64,000 bases of DNA from an uncultured Planctomycetota bacterium (GCA_963823665.1 CAWGMQ010000010.1:224001-288000), one strand, 5' to 3'; counted from the first letter of the stretch, positions 21,541 through 33,325 are shown. The notes: a model not told the origin generated them from the letters alone. Program-made: numbers and translations.

Positions 21541-24237
21541 ATGGCGATGGGCTCGGCAAAGAGTGCCTTCCGGCAGATCCGGACGCTCTACGCGCTCGGT
21601 GCGCTCTGTGCCATGACCGACGCCCAGCTCCTGGCAATATTCCTCACCCACGGCGGAGATGATTCCGAGGATGCGTTCTCGGCTCTGGTCGACCGGCATG
21701 GTCCGATGGTACTGGCAGTCTGTCGCCGGATGCTGAAGAGCACGCACGATGCCGATGACGCCTTTCAGGCAACATTCTTCATTCTGGCTCGCCGCGCGGC
21801 GTCGCTCGCGCGGCGCGAGAAACTGGCAGGCTGGTTGCACGGCGTCGCGGTCCGCACCGCGAGCGAAGCGCGACGCCGGTCCGCGCGGCAGCGCAGGCGA
21901 GAGAGGCGGTCGATCGAAATGTCAAACGCTCAATCAACTCCGAGCGCCGATCAGGGCGATATCCTTCCGATCCTTGATGAGGAGCTCGCCCGACTGCCGC
22001 AGCGATTCCGGGCCGCGCTCGTGGCTTGCGAGCTACAGGGTAAATCACGACGTGAGGCGGCCCTCGAGCTCGGGCTTCCGGAGGGAACGCTCTCAGCCCA
22101 CCTCGCGCGGGGTCGAAAGCTGTTACGCGAGCGTCTGCTCCGCCGCAACGTCAGCCTTGGCAGCGGACCGGCCTCAGTCGTAACTCCCCCGCTCGCCCTT
22201 GCGACGATTCCGGAACAGCTCAAGTTCGCGACCCTCAAGGCGTCGCTGGAGTTTGCCGCCAGCAGCGGCGCTGCCGGGACGACTGCCGCCGTCGCAGCCG
22301 CCTCACTGGCCGAGCGCGTGCTGAAGACGATGGCCCTGAGCAAACTCTGCCTGGTCTGCGCGCTCGCGATGGCGGCCAGCGTCGCAGCCGCGTGCCTGGG
22401 AATGACGTTCGCACCGGCGGGCGGATCAATCGCCCAGAACCGGCCGGGGCCCGCTGACTTATCCGGTCGTGTCATCGACGCCACCGGCCGCACGGTCGCC
22501 GATGCGACGGTCTGGGCCGTGGTTGGCAACTTCGACGCGCGAGTGACGTTCGCCTCGGCAAAGACCGATGCCAGTGGCCGATTCATTTTCCCGAGAATCT
22601 GGGACCAGGAAGTCGTGAAGGCGGAGTCCGCGTCTGGCCGGCTCGGGTTGTTTGCCCGTGGCCCCGATGGCCAGGTCGGCTGGCTGGCAAAGGTCGACAA
22701 GGGCAATGCCGGCGAAGAGGAGCGCAACATCGGGATCACCGTCGGCCCCGTCGGGGATGTGCGTGGCCGGGTGATGAGCCGGAGCGGAAAGCCGATCAAG
22801 GGTGCACCCGTCACGCCGCTCTTCGTCTGCCGGCGAGGCGAATCGCGAATGGCCGATTCCTTCGCACTCGACCGGGACACGGCTGCTGCGTATCGCACCA
22901 CAACCGGCGAAGACGGGTCGTTCGTCCTCCGGAATATCCCGCGCGGCGCCTGCATTCAGGCAGCGGTTGACGCTCCTGGCGGGGGCTGGCTGCATTTCTT
23001 CTGGGATACGACTCAGCCGGTGACATTCACCTTCGACGATCGCACGGGTCGGATCGACGGTCGCATCGACCCACACGCCGCGGCTGCTTACCCGGGCCAG
23101 TTCTCAGTCTCTGCGCGATTCTCGGAATCAGCCGGCATTCGGGCTGGGGAATCGTATCGAACGTTGTTCGAGAAGATGGCAACCGTAGCCAACGATGGCT
23201 CGTTTCAGTTGGGCGCCCTGCCGCCGGGCCGGTACGACCTCGAGCTCAGATTTGGCCAGAGTCTTCCGTTCGAAGCGATTCCGGTCCAAAACCTCGTGGT
23301 CAGACCCGATGCTCCCGCCGAGGCTCAAATCACGCTCAATCGGCTATTCACCGTTACCGGCCGGGTCGTTGATGCCCAGACCGGCAGGGGGATCGCGCGG
23401 GTTCCTGTCCATTCCTATCGATTCGACACGCAGACGTACCACAAGGACGCGCGGTGGGCCGAGACCGACGCCGACGGGCGGTACACGATCATTTGCGCGC
23501 CGGGCCACATCAAGATCCTCCCGGATGCACTACCGAGCGAGCGTCTCGTTCCGAAATACAGCGACGCACCAGAGAAGCACTTGCAGTCGGACGAGGCCTG
23601 GCCTGATCTCAAGCTGGGCGCGGCGACTGGCTTGGACGGCATTGTCGTCGACCACAACGGGCAGCCGGTCGCCGGGGCCCATGTCTACATGATCGAGTCG
23701 ACCCGCGGAGGTCCCCGGCGGCAAAACGAGAGAGTGACGACCGGCGCCGGGGGCAGGTTCCACTTCGATCAGCTCGACCCGGACGACATGCTATCATTGT
23801 GGGCGCGGACCAACATTGCAGCTACTGACGGGGCGGTGAACGTCCGGCCCGGAGAGGCCCGAGGCGGGATCAGGCTCACGATCGATCCCAGAGTTTCCTG
23901 CGACGTCCGAGGCATGTTGGTCGACACGGCGGGCAAGCGGATCAAGGGCGCCACAGTTCAGTTGTGGTGGGGCCGGCAGTATAACACGGGGGACGGCATC
24001 AGGATCGAGCCGACCAGTCTGGAATCTTACGTGACCAAGGAAAACGGCTGGTTCGTTTTTCGTGGCCTCTGGCATGGGTATCATTACTCGGTCGAGGTTC
24101 TGGTCGACGGGCAGCGCCAGTGCCTGAAGCACCTGCTGGTCGACGCGGCCGAAGAGACTCGCGACGTTGGCAAGATCGTCGTCCCGAGCACGGAGTCGTC
24201 CCTCGACGATGCGCGTAGCGAGAACGGTGATCGTTAA
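21541..24237 (+). CDS. ECF sigma-70 factor fused via TM to extracytoplasmic carboxypeptidase-regulatory-like beta repeats
   Basis: LVDRHGPMV..DADDAFQATF..WLHGVA (region 2), LPQRFRAALVAC..GTLSAHLARGR (region 4); hydrophobic segment; GRVxD..G..V..A repeats. Confidence 0.88.
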   Translation: MAMGSAKSAFRQIRTLYALGALCAMTDAQLLAIFLTHGGDDSEDAFSALVDRHGPMVLAVCRRMLKSTHDADDAFQATFFILARRAASLARREKLAGWLHGVAVRTASEARRRSARQRRRERRSIEMSNAQSTPSADQGDILPILDEELARLPQRFRAALVACELQGKSRREAALELGLPEGTLSAHLARGRKLLRERLLRRNVSLGSGPASVVTPPLALATIPEQLKFATLKASLEFAASSGAAGTTAAVAAASLAERVLKTMALSKLCLVCALAMAASVAAACLGMTFAPAGGSIAQNRPGPADLSGRVIDATGRTVADATVWAVVGNFDARVTFASAKTDASGRFIFPRIWDQEVVKAESASGRLGLFARGPDGQVGWLAKVDKGNAGEEERNIGITVGPVGDVRGRVMSRSGKPIKGAPVTPLFVCRRGESRMADSFALDRDTAAAYRTTTGEDGSFVLRNIPRGACIQAAVDAPGGGWLHFFWDTTQPVTFTFDDRTGRIDGRIDPHAAAAYPGQFSVSARFSESAGIRAGESYRTLFEKMATVANDGSFQLGALPPGRYDLELRFGQSLPFEAIPVQNLVVRPDAPAEAQITLNRLFTVTGRVVDAQTGRGIARVPVHSYRFDTQTYHKDARWAETDADGRYTIICAPGHIKILPDALPSERLVPKYSDAPEKHLQSDEAWPDLKLGAATGLDGIVVDHNGQPVAGAHVYMIESTRGGPRRQNERVTTGAGGRFHFDQLDPDDMLSLWARTNIAATDGAVNVRPGEARGGIRLTIDPRVSCDVRGMLVDTAGKRIKGATVQLWWGRQYNTGDGIRIEPTSLESYVTKENGWFVFRGLWHGYHYSVEVLVDGQRQCLKHLLVDAAEETRDVGKIVVPSTESSLDDARSENGDR

Positions 24238-24324
24238 GCCAGCCCTCCGATCTGGCGACCAGAGGCGACGGCGATGTAGGATTGCAGCATCCCACCGCGC
24301 TCCTCCGGAAGTCAAAGGCTGCTC

Positions 24325-27300
24325 ATGGAAAAATCAAATGTTGCGACCGTGAGCCTGATTTCTTTTTTTGCGTTGATCGCGGGCACCGCGGCCGTGGGCC
24401 CGGGTTTGATCGTGTTGGCAGCCGGAGGATCGAGTGTCCAGAGCAAGCCCGGGCCGAACGACCTCTCCGGCCGCGTTGTGGACGAGGCAGGCGCGGCCGT
24501 GGCGGATGGCGACGTCTGGGCTGTCGGCGGCCCATGGAGCGAGCGGGTGACGATTGCCACGGCGAAAACGGATAAGCAGGGCTCGTTCGTCCTGGCGAAT
24601 GTCTGGGAACGCGAAGCCGTGCAGGCGGCGATCGTGGCCGGCAACTTTGGGTTGTTTGCCCGCGCTCGAGACGGCCGGGTCGGCTGGCTCGCGCCCGTTG
24701 ATCGTCGCGGATCTGGACTTCGGGAGGGGGCGGCCGAGATCACCATTGGCGCCTCGGAGCAAGCCCACGGCCGTGTGGTTGACCACAGTGGCAAGCCGAT
24801 CAAAGGCGCGTTTGTGACGCCGGTCATGATCAACCGGAGGAGCCCGCCGGGAACGGACGATCTCTTCGTCTTGAACGCCGAGGCGATGGCCGCTTACCGA
24901 ACCGCAACCGCGGAGGACGGCTCGTTCGTGCTCAAGAGCTTCCCGAAAGGCGCGCGCCTTCAGGCGGCCGTCGAAACTCAGGCACTCGGCTGGCTGCACT
25001 TTCAATGGAACGTGAGCCAGCCGGTGACGCTCGCGTTTCATGATCACGTGGGGCAGATCAAGGGACGCATCAAGCTGCCGGATGCCGGCGGGTTTCCCGC
25101 CGGAGTCTCGGTTCTGGCGCAGCTCTCGGAACGATCGGCCGGACCGGCGACTGGCTCGTATCAAAGGTTGCATTCGAAAACGGTACCGGCCGCGAAAGAC
25201 GGCTCGTTCGAGCTGGACGGCTTGCCGCCGGGCCGTTATCAGCTTGACCTTGTCATCGACCAGAACGCTCCGATCGCCCAGGTGCGAGTCGAGCACGCCG
25301 ACGTGCGCCCGGACGCGGTCGCGGCGGTTGAGGTTGCCGCGGAACGACTCTTCTTGATCACGGGCCGCGTCATCGACGCGGCGACCGGACGCGGCGTCGC
25401 GGGGGTTCCGGTACGCTGCTATCGACCGGAGAGCGAGAAGTCGACCAACCAATCGCGGCTGGCGAAGACGGACGCCCAGGGGCGGTACACGATCGCTGCC
25501 TGGCCTGGTATGGTCACGATTGTGCCCGATCAGCTACCGCGCACGCATCTCGTTCCGAAATATCAGGAAATACCGGAGGAGCAGGTCCTGGCCGATCGCG
25601 CCTGGCCGGACCTCAATATGGCCAAAGCCAAGGATGTCGATGGCGTTGTCGTCGACGAGAAGGGGCAGCCGGTTGCCGGGGCTCAGGTGTACTTGTACCG
25701 GACGGCTGTCGCGGGGCTGAACGACCACGCCGAGACAGGTCCCGGAGGTGCTTTCCGCTTTGACCAGCTCGACGCCGACGAAACGGTGTCGCTATGGGCT
25801 CGGACCAGGATTGCGACGACCGACGGGGCAGTGAGCATCAGGCCAGGGAACCTCCAAGGCAAGCTCACGCTCACGATTGATCCGAGCTTCGCCTGCGCGA
25901 TCCGCGGCATGGCGACCGACACGGCGGGTGGCCGGATCGAGGGAGCGAGAGTCAGGCTCTGGTGGGGGCGCGGCGACGCGGCCAGCCAGATCCCGACGAT
26001 CCTGGATTCCTATGTGACCAGCACGAACGGATGGTTCATCTTCCGCGGTCTCTGGAAGGGATTTCGGTATTCGGCGGAGGTCGAGGCTTCGGGTCACACC
26101 ACGGCCGTAGCGCATACGATGCTCGCTGAAGCCAGAGAGACTCGCGACGTGGGCAAGGTCGTCCTGGCCAGCACACGCGGCCGTCTTGCCGGACGGGTCA
26201 TCGGCTCGGACGGCCAGCCGCTCGTCGGTGCGGCTGTATTCAACCGAGGTGACGGACCCGAGATTTCCAGGGCCATCACAGATTCCAACGGGAGTTTTCA
26301 GCTCGGCTTGCTCCGGGCGGGGACGAAATACGCCTTTGTTCGCGCGGATGGTTATCGTTTCACGGGCGTGAAATCGGACGGCGACGCCGATGCGATGCGG
26401 ATCATCATGCTCAAAATCACCGTGCCGCCGCCGCAGTGGAAGCCGGCCGCCGCACCCAACTTCGACGAGCAGCGAGCCTTTGCGAAGCAGATCCTTAGCA
26501 GGCTATGGGAGAAGTACGGCGCCAGAGCCGACGGCGACGGCGCACTCCCGCTGGTGTCGATCATGGCACGGATTGACCTGGAACTGGCCGCGAAGTGGTC
26601 GGCGGAGAAGGGGCACCGACACGACCGCCTGCTGCGCCTGGCCCGTGCGGAGAGAATGGCCGAGACCGATGCGCAGCGGGCAATCGGGTTGCTGACGAAT
26701 GATCGTGGCCGCGATGTGCAGGCATTCTTGCAGGCGATGGCCGTGCGGTTCAGGCCGACCGACAGAGCGAAGGCAGTCGTCTTCGCGGAGGAGGCGGCGG
26801 TACGTGCGCGCGAATTGCCGAAGAAGGAACAGGCGGCCGCGCTGGCGACGGCGGGTGCCGCGCTCGCGCGATTCGGCCGAGCGGAGGCCGGGCGCGCGCT
26901 GATCGCCCAGGCCGTTCTGGCCGCCGGCGAACTCGGCAATGAGGACATCGAGGCGCGCGATCGCGCAATCGTTGCCGGCGCGGTCGCGCCTGACGATCTG
27001 AAGCGGGCACTCGCCTTGATCGAGCCCATCCAGGCCGACGACAAGGACCGCTTCGTCGCGTACGTCGCGCGGGCCATCGCCAGGACCGACACGACCCGCG
27101 GCGTCGCTCTGGCTGACCTGATGAGCGGCGAGACGCCCGTCCCCGAGCGAGTCAAAACGGCGATCGCCTTCAGGATCGGAGCCGACCAGCCGGATGAGGC
27201 GATCAAAATCATCGAAGGCATGAAACGCGAACATCCCGGCCGATGGCGGGCCGAGGCGCTGGGCTGGCTGGCAGTGGCGCTTGAGCCGCGCGAGAAAGCA

Positions 27301-27868
27301 CGGGCTTTTGACCTGATCGACCGCGCGCTGGACATGCTGGTCGATGAATCGGGCACCGGTGCCGCGGCGACGAAATCGAGCGACGAGCGGATGATGGCCG
27401 CCGCGCACGTTGCCGCGCGCCCAGCAGATCGGCTACCCGGATATGGACAGCGTCGTGATGCGCGTGCTGGCGGCGCGGCCCGACGACGGGACGAGGGGTG
27501 CTCGTCGAGAGGTCCGGGTCATGGTGCTGGCGACGATATCCCTGGCACTCGTCGACCCCGGCGCGGCCCGCGACGTGCTCAACCAGCTCGAGAGCGAATT
27601 CGATCCCACCAAATTCACCGGCGCCCGGGCACCCTGGCTAACAGCTTGGTCTCTCCTCGACATCAAGAAAGCCGCGGCGGTTTTCGAGGCGCAGCTTGCC
27701 ACCGTGGAAACGGATCGGAACCCCGACTCACTGCTTCGCGGGTTCCTGAGCACGGCCGAGCTGTTAACAACTCCACCAATGCGCCGGGAAGATGTGCTGC
27801 AGGAGGGGCTGTACGGCGGATCCTGGCGGCCCGGTGAGGCGCTTGGATACAGGCTCGGAGACCGCTAA
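24325..27868 (+). CDS. Sigma-less paralog of the upstream extension: signal/TM + carboxypeptidase-regulatory-like repeats + helical repeat region; frameshift near 27420
   Basis: Colinear similarity to residues ~260-890 of the upstream ORF; Ala-rich helical C-terminus; ORF 27410-27868 continues it. Confidence 0.8.
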
Positions 27869-27889
27869 ATAACATCGCCACGGGCAGCG

Positions 27890-29260
27890 TCACGGCCGGA
27901 TGACGGTGCCGTCGCGCCGGCGGGTTGTGCCCCAGCGATAGTCGAAGCTGGGGCTTTCGGTCACCGGATACTTCGCGGCGAGCTTTTCATCGATGTCGAT
28001 GCCCAGACCCGGCGCTTCATTCGCATACATGTAACCCTCCTTGATCTCCGGACACCCCGGAAAGACCGCGCGAGTCTCGGGCGGAAAGGCGTTGCCTTCG
28101 TGAATTCCGAAGTTATAGCTGGCGAGCTCGAGCGCGAGCCCGGCCGCATGACCGACGGGCGAGCAGTCGCTCGGGCCGTGCCACGCGGTCTTGACGCCGA
28201 AGAATTCGCAGAGCGCGGCCACCTTGCGCGCCATCGACAGCCCGCCGATCTGGGAGATGTGAATGCGGATGTAGTCGATCAGCCGCTCGGCGATCAAGGG
28301 AACATATTCTTGTTGCGTATTGAATAGCTCGCCCATCGCTAGCGGGACGCTCGAATGCTGGCGAATGAGCCGGAAGTGGTCTTTCTCCTCGGGGGGCAGG
28401 GGGTCTTCCAGGAAGAACAGGTGATACTTCTCCAGCTCCTTGCACAGGCTGACCGCCTGGCTCGGCGAGATTCGCTCGTGAACGTCATGGAGCAGCTCCA
28501 CCTCCTCGCCGAGCGTGGTGCGGAGATGCTCGAAGAGTTTGGGAAGCATGCGCAGATAAGGCACCGGCTCCCAGATCGCTTTCGGCTCGGTGGGACCGCT
28601 CGCGCCCGGAGCGGAAGGCTCGGTTCGCCCCGTATCACCCGCGGCGCCGTAGGTCGCCATTCCCGGAACGCTCACCTGCACGCGGACATGTCGATACCCG
28701 CGCGCCATCGCCTGCCGCGCGCTGTCTTCAACTTCCTTGACGTCCCGCCCGCGCGCGTGCACGTAGCACGCGGCCCCAAAACGGCACTTGCCGCCGAGCA
28801 ATTGGTAGACCGGCATATTCGCACGCTTGCCCTTGATGTCCCACAGGGCCATGTCGACGCCGCTCATGGCATTGAAGAGCACCGGACCATTGCGCCAGTA
28901 CGAGCTGACGTACGATGACTGCCAGATATCCTCGATCTCATCGACGCTGCGCCCGGTGAGAAACGGCTTCAGGTATTTCTCGAGGGCCGTATGAACGGCG
29001 AATGCCCGTTGGGTGAACGTGGCACAACCCAGGCCATAGAGCCCGGGCTCACTCGTCAAGACCTTGACGATCACGAGCCTGGTGCGGTTGGGAGCGGTGA
29101 GGATCGTCTTGATGTCGGTGATCTTGAGCGGAGGAAGTCCGCGCTTTTGTTCCGTGCTCGGCTGGGCGGCCGCGGAGAGCGGAGCACTTCCCGAGAGCAG
29201 CGTCGCACAGCCGGCGGCAGCACCGGCTGACAAGAAGCCGAGGAGATTGCGCCGATCCAT
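27890..29260 (-). CDS. RspA/D-mannonate-dehydratase-like enolase superfamily protein with Tat signal
   Basis: MDRRNLL; IEDIWQ..YWRNGPV..SGVDMALWDIKGK, LLHDVHER, FFLEDP, MGE, AWHGP, RDGTV; ATG 29260 with AAGGAG RBS. Confidence 0.88.
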   Translation of the reverse strand: MDRRNLLGFLSAGAAAGCATLLSGSAPLSAAAQPSTEQKRGLPPLKITDIKTILTAPNRTRLVIVKVLTSEPGLYGLGCATFTQRAFAVHTALEKYLKPFLTGRSVDEIEDIWQSSYVSSYWRNGPVLFNAMSGVDMALWDIKGKRANMPVYQLLGGKCRFGAACYVHARGRDVKEVEDSARQAMARGYRHVRVQVSVPGMATYGAAGDTGRTEPSAPGASGPTEPKAIWEPVPYLRMLPKLFEHLRTTLGEEVELLHDVHERISPSQAVSLCKELEKYHLFFLEDPLPPEEKDHFRLIRQHSSVPLAMGELFNTQQEYVPLIAERLIDYIRIHISQIGGLSMARKVAALCEFFGVKTAWHGPSDCSPVGHAAGLALELASYNFGIHEGNAFPPETRAVFPGCPEIKEGYMYANEAPGLGIDIDEKLAAKYPVTESPSFDYRWGTTRRRDGTVIRP

Positions 29261-29484
29261 GATCGAGCTCCTTTGCGGTGGATGAAACGTGGTGTGAGGA
29301 CAACGGTGGGAACCGAGAGAATCGATTCGCGTGCAGCGTTCTTTGGGTGGCACTGGCACCGTCCTCAATCTAACGGCGCGACGGCACTCTTGACAGAGCC
29401 TTGCTCGGACTTGACGATATCTAAACGCGAGCTGGCTCACCTCCGGAGCCGCGACCACGGTCGTTGCCTTTTGTCGGTACTGTC

Positions 29485-29961
29485 ATGCGCTCTCGCCCCC
29501 GCCACATCCGACTCGATCGCACGAGCCTCGTGCTCGCGCTGGCCGTTGCTCTCCTGGCCGGCGGCGAGCACGTCCGCGCCGACTCGCTCTCATCCGGTCA
29601 GCGCGCAGAGGAAACTCACGCCAAGGTCTGCAAATGCGAGCGCTGCCACCGCGATTCGTGCTGCTGCGGGCGCTCGAGCGGCTCCCGGTCTCCGAGCGGC
29701 GAAAGCGGCGCGCCGGCTTCCGATCGAGAAAGCTCGCCCGGCGCAGGGAATTCCTGCCTCGTCGAAGCACCATGCGGCGACCCGGCTGTTCCCGGCTCTG
29801 CGCCGTCGGCGCCCTCTCTGCGGGTCGCAGCTCTCCCACACTTCTTTCATTTCCGTCCTGCGACGACGGGCGATCGGCTCGCCCCGCCGGATTCCTGCCG
29901 CGCGGCGACGGGTGAGTCGTCGCGCATTGACCGCCCGCCCAAACTGGGCCGTTCGGCCTGA
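29485..29961 (+). CDS. Small Cys-rich exported protein with C-terminal RIDRPP (DUF2946-like, putative regulatory uORF)
   Basis: Signal-like LVLALAVALLAG; CKCERCHRDSCCC, CLVEAPC; ends SSRIDRPPKLGRSA. Confidence 0.55.
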   Translation: MRSRPRHIRLDRTSLVLALAVALLAGGEHVRADSLSSGQRAEETHAKVCKCERCHRDSCCCGRSSGSRSPSGESGAPASDRESSPGAGNSCLVEAPCGDPAVPGSAPSAPSLRVAALPHFFHFRPATTGDRLAPPDSCRAATGESSRIDRPPKLGRSA

Positions 29962-30136
29962 TCTCTGACACCGCATCACGATACGCGTCTAGTGGTATGC
30001 GCCCGAGATCTCCTCTTGGGCGCCGCGCTGTCACGTCCTTTATCCGAGATCACGCCGGCGAGTGCGACCATAGCCCGTTCGGGCTTGCGTCGCGCGCGCC
30101 GCAGAACCGAGCGCCCCTGTAACGGAGTCATCCTTC

Positions 30137-31108
30137 ATGCATCCTCGTCGAGCGTTCACCCTGATCGAGCTGCTGGTGGTCATCGCCATCATCGCCGTCC
30201 TGATCGCATTGCTTCTGCCTGCCGTGCAGGCCGCGCGCGAGGCGGCGAGGCGTGCGTCCTGTATCAACAATTTGAAGCAGCTTGGGATTGCGCTGCACAA
30301 TTATCACGATGCGGTCGGGTCGTTCCCGCCGGGCTATCTCTCGCTCATGGATCCGGTCACGTTCGACAATGACGGCCCGGGCTGGGGCTGGGCGGCCCGG
30401 TCTCTGAATCAGATGGAGCAATCCTCGCTTTACAACAGCATCAACTTCGTGCTGGGTATTGAGTTCCCCGCCAACCAGACGTCTCGATTGACCGTGATTG
30501 CGTCGTTTCTCTGCCCGTCCGACGCCTGGATTCAGAACACGTTCACCGTTGTCGATTCAACGACCACCGGCACATCTCCCGGGGCTCCCATCTGTAATGT
30601 CGCGTCGTCGAACTATCTGGGGTCGGTGGGCAGCGGCGACCCTTCGAGCCTTTACCCGTATATCATCGACTCGGACGACGGCCCGCCGGGCCGAGACAAC
30701 GGCAACGGGATCTTCTTCCGGAATCATTCCGTAAATATCGCATCGGTGACAGATGGTACCAGCCAGACATTTATGGTGGGTGAGCGAAGCCAGAATCTTT
30801 CTCGAGGGAGCTGGACCGGCGCGGTGACGAATGCGGCCGTGCCACTGGTGAATCTGCAGGCAGAGGCCGGTCTCGACCCCGAGGGCGGCGGCGCGCTCGT
30901 CCTCTCGCACACCGGCGAGGGCCACGGCCCGAATTCCCCTTCCGGCCTGGCCCACGGCGACCAGTACTGGTCGCTCCATCCCGGCGGCGCCAACTTCCTG
31001 TTTGTCGACGGCAGCGTGCGGTTCATCAAGGAGCAAGTGGGCTTCTTCGTGTTTCAATCGCTGGCAACGCGCAACGGCGGTGAGGTGCTGTCATCGGATC
31101 AGTTTTGA
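30137..31108 (+). CDS. DUF1559 prepilin-type N-terminal cleavage/methylation protein
   Basis: [62 protein letters not shown] (H-X9-DG). Confidence 0.95.
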   Translation: MHPRRAFTLIELLVVIAIIAVLIALLLPAVQAAREAARRASCINNLKQLGIALHNYHDAVGSFPPGYLSLMDPVTFDNDGPGWGWAARSLNQMEQSSLYNSINFVLGIEFPANQTSRLTVIASFLCPSDAWIQNTFTVVDSTTTGTSPGAPICNVASSNYLGSVGSGDPSSLYPYIIDSDDGPPGRDNGNGIFFRNHSVNIASVTDGTSQTFMVGERSQNLSRGSWTGAVTNAAVPLVNLQAEAGLDPEGGGALVLSHTGEGHGPNSPSGLAHGDQYWSLHPGGANFLFVDGSVRFIKEQVGFFVFQSLATRNGGEVLSSDQF

Positions 31109-31158
31109 AGTGGCGGGACGCGCCCCGGTCGCTATGATGGCGCCCGGGAGGTTGCGCG

Positions 31159-31755
31159 ATGAGCCGGGGCGCATCGAGACGACTCGTTGTTCGCAGGGAG
31201 CCCGTTCTCTATGCCACGGTACTCCTCGGGCTGTTGATCCTTCATTTCGCCCTCTGCTACCCGGGCGCCGTCGCACGCGGCTATCCGCCATTGGAAGCGT
31301 TCTGGATCGTCTCGATCTATCTTGTATTTCCGGGCGTTGGTGTCGCCGCATTGTTCGATGACTTCGCCTATGCTCCGCGCGTGCGCTATCGCTTGCTCGC
31401 GGCCTTTTCAGTGGTGGCGACGCTCATGATTGGCGTCGTCTGGGCGAACGGGATGATACGGCCGAGCATAGGCCATCTCACTGGATAAATGGGCGTAATT
31501 CACGTCCAGTTGGGATTCATTCTGTTCGAATCGCTCTTCATGCTCGCAGTGACGTTGCCCTTCGTATTCTGCTGGGAATCGGTATGCCGAGGCACTTGGA
31601 GTTGGATTCGTGAATTCTCTTCGCCGCAACCCACCCGCATCGGTGTCGGCGGGCTCGTGCGACTGGTCATTGCGGTCGGAATTCTGTGCGCCGCCATCAA
31701 GTTCGTGGTCTCGCTCGACCCCTGGTATTTCAGCCGGCCGTTCCTTGAGCACTGA
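31159..31755 (+). CDS. Hypothetical membrane protein, split by an in-frame TAA at 31486-31488
   Basis: ORFs 31159-31488 and 31489-31755 are in the same frame; about 5 hydrophobic segments. Confidence 0.45.
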
Positions 31756-32056
31756 GCACGAAATGTGAGCACGGTCGTGAGACTACGGTTCGAACGGGCA
31801 ACCCCCTGCATTCCGCTGACAATTGACGATTCCATTGACACTTGTAAGACGCCTGGCTAAGCTCGAACGAATCAGTGCCCAACTCCCTCTTGCGAACTCT
31901 CGTCGTGTGCGTCGGCGATTCGGTTGGATCGATTCGAGGCTGCGCCGGCCGCCGTGCTCTTGGCGTCTGCGCTACCGCAGGGCGGCGATGGCGCGCGTGT
32001 CGTACATCAACCAGTCGCCGGTGCGCTCGAAGAGACGATTTCCTGCCGGAGTGGAC

Positions 32057-33171
32057 ATGAACGCCGAGAACCCCTCAGTCCGAAAACTCGATGGCGTCTC
32101 GACGCTCGACCTGATGTTCTTCACGGCCGGGTTTGCCTGCGGCTGGGTGATGCATCAGTCGTTCAGTACGCGAATCGCGCGATACTATTCGGTGTGGTGG
32201 GGGGACAGCTTCCAGTCGCTGCTGGGCACAGCCTGGGTCGGCTGGCTCTGGGCATATATGACCGGCCTGGCGTTCTTGATCGTCGCTCGCCCGTTCCGTT
32301 ACGGCTCTCGCAACCGTCCCGCCGAGTGGCTCGGCGTCGCGCTGGCAATCGTTCTCTTCGAGTCGTGTTATCCATATTCTCGGTCCGTTCACCCGGGATA
32401 TCACGGGGAAATGCACGCGGATTACGACTGGGACTGGCCAAGCAGTCCGTTCCGGTTCGAGGCCCAGTTATTGCTTGGCGGTCAGCTTTATCCGACCAAT
32501 ATCGCGTCCGATCGTCCGGTCACCTTCGTCGTGCGCTGGCTGCCGCAATGGGAACCGTGGGACGGTCCCTGGTGGGCCCCCGGGTTGCCCTTCACTGTGG
32601 CGGCTGTGATCTACGGAGTCGCCGCATGGTGCCTGCGCGCAAGGTCAACCCGGGCTGGGTCGCGCTTCTGGTGACTGCGTTTGCGGTCCTGGTCGCTTTG
32701 GGACCGGTCCGGCTTGCCGAGGCGACGTCGAGGGAAATCACCTATTACGTCTACGATCACAACGATGGCGCGATTCTGCCCTCGCTCGGGGGGAAACCTT
32801 GGCGTTGGATGTGGCTGTACGTTTATCTCGACATCCGCGCCTGGGCCGGTTACTCGATCCGCGCCTTGGCGCTGATGATGCTCGCCCTACTGGCGACCGC
32901 CAGTTTGGTGAAGCGATGGCGGCGCTGGCTCTGGACGGAATGGGCGGCATTTCTCTCCGCGTTGGTCATCGCCGGCTGCTGGATCTACGATGAGTTCGTC
33001 GCTCGACCCGCGCTGGATCGAACAGTTCGGGTAACAGTCCTTGCCACCGGGCTTCTCGTGATCGCAATCGTCGCGGCCGTCGTGCTGTTCGTTGGCTCCG
33101 TGATCGCGCGGCGCGTCCAGAGATTCCACGTGGCCCCACCGCGGGCCCATGCGGAATGCACGACTTCGTAA
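32057..33171 (+). CDS. Hypothetical Trp-rich polytopic membrane protein; frameshift near 32640
   Basis: ATG 32057 after GGAG; multiple TM segments continuing into the 3' part of ORF 31924-33171. Confidence 0.55.
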
Positions 33172-33325
33172 CGGAGTCGCGGCGTCCGACTTTCGGTGAA
33201 ACGGAGCCGCTTGCCGACCGCCGTGGCGGATCGGGCTCACGCCCGAGGCTGGAGGACGTGCGTCCCGTCCGAACCACGGTCTCACGACAGTGGTCACGGG
33301 ATTCGCGTTCCCCGTGCAATCTCCA

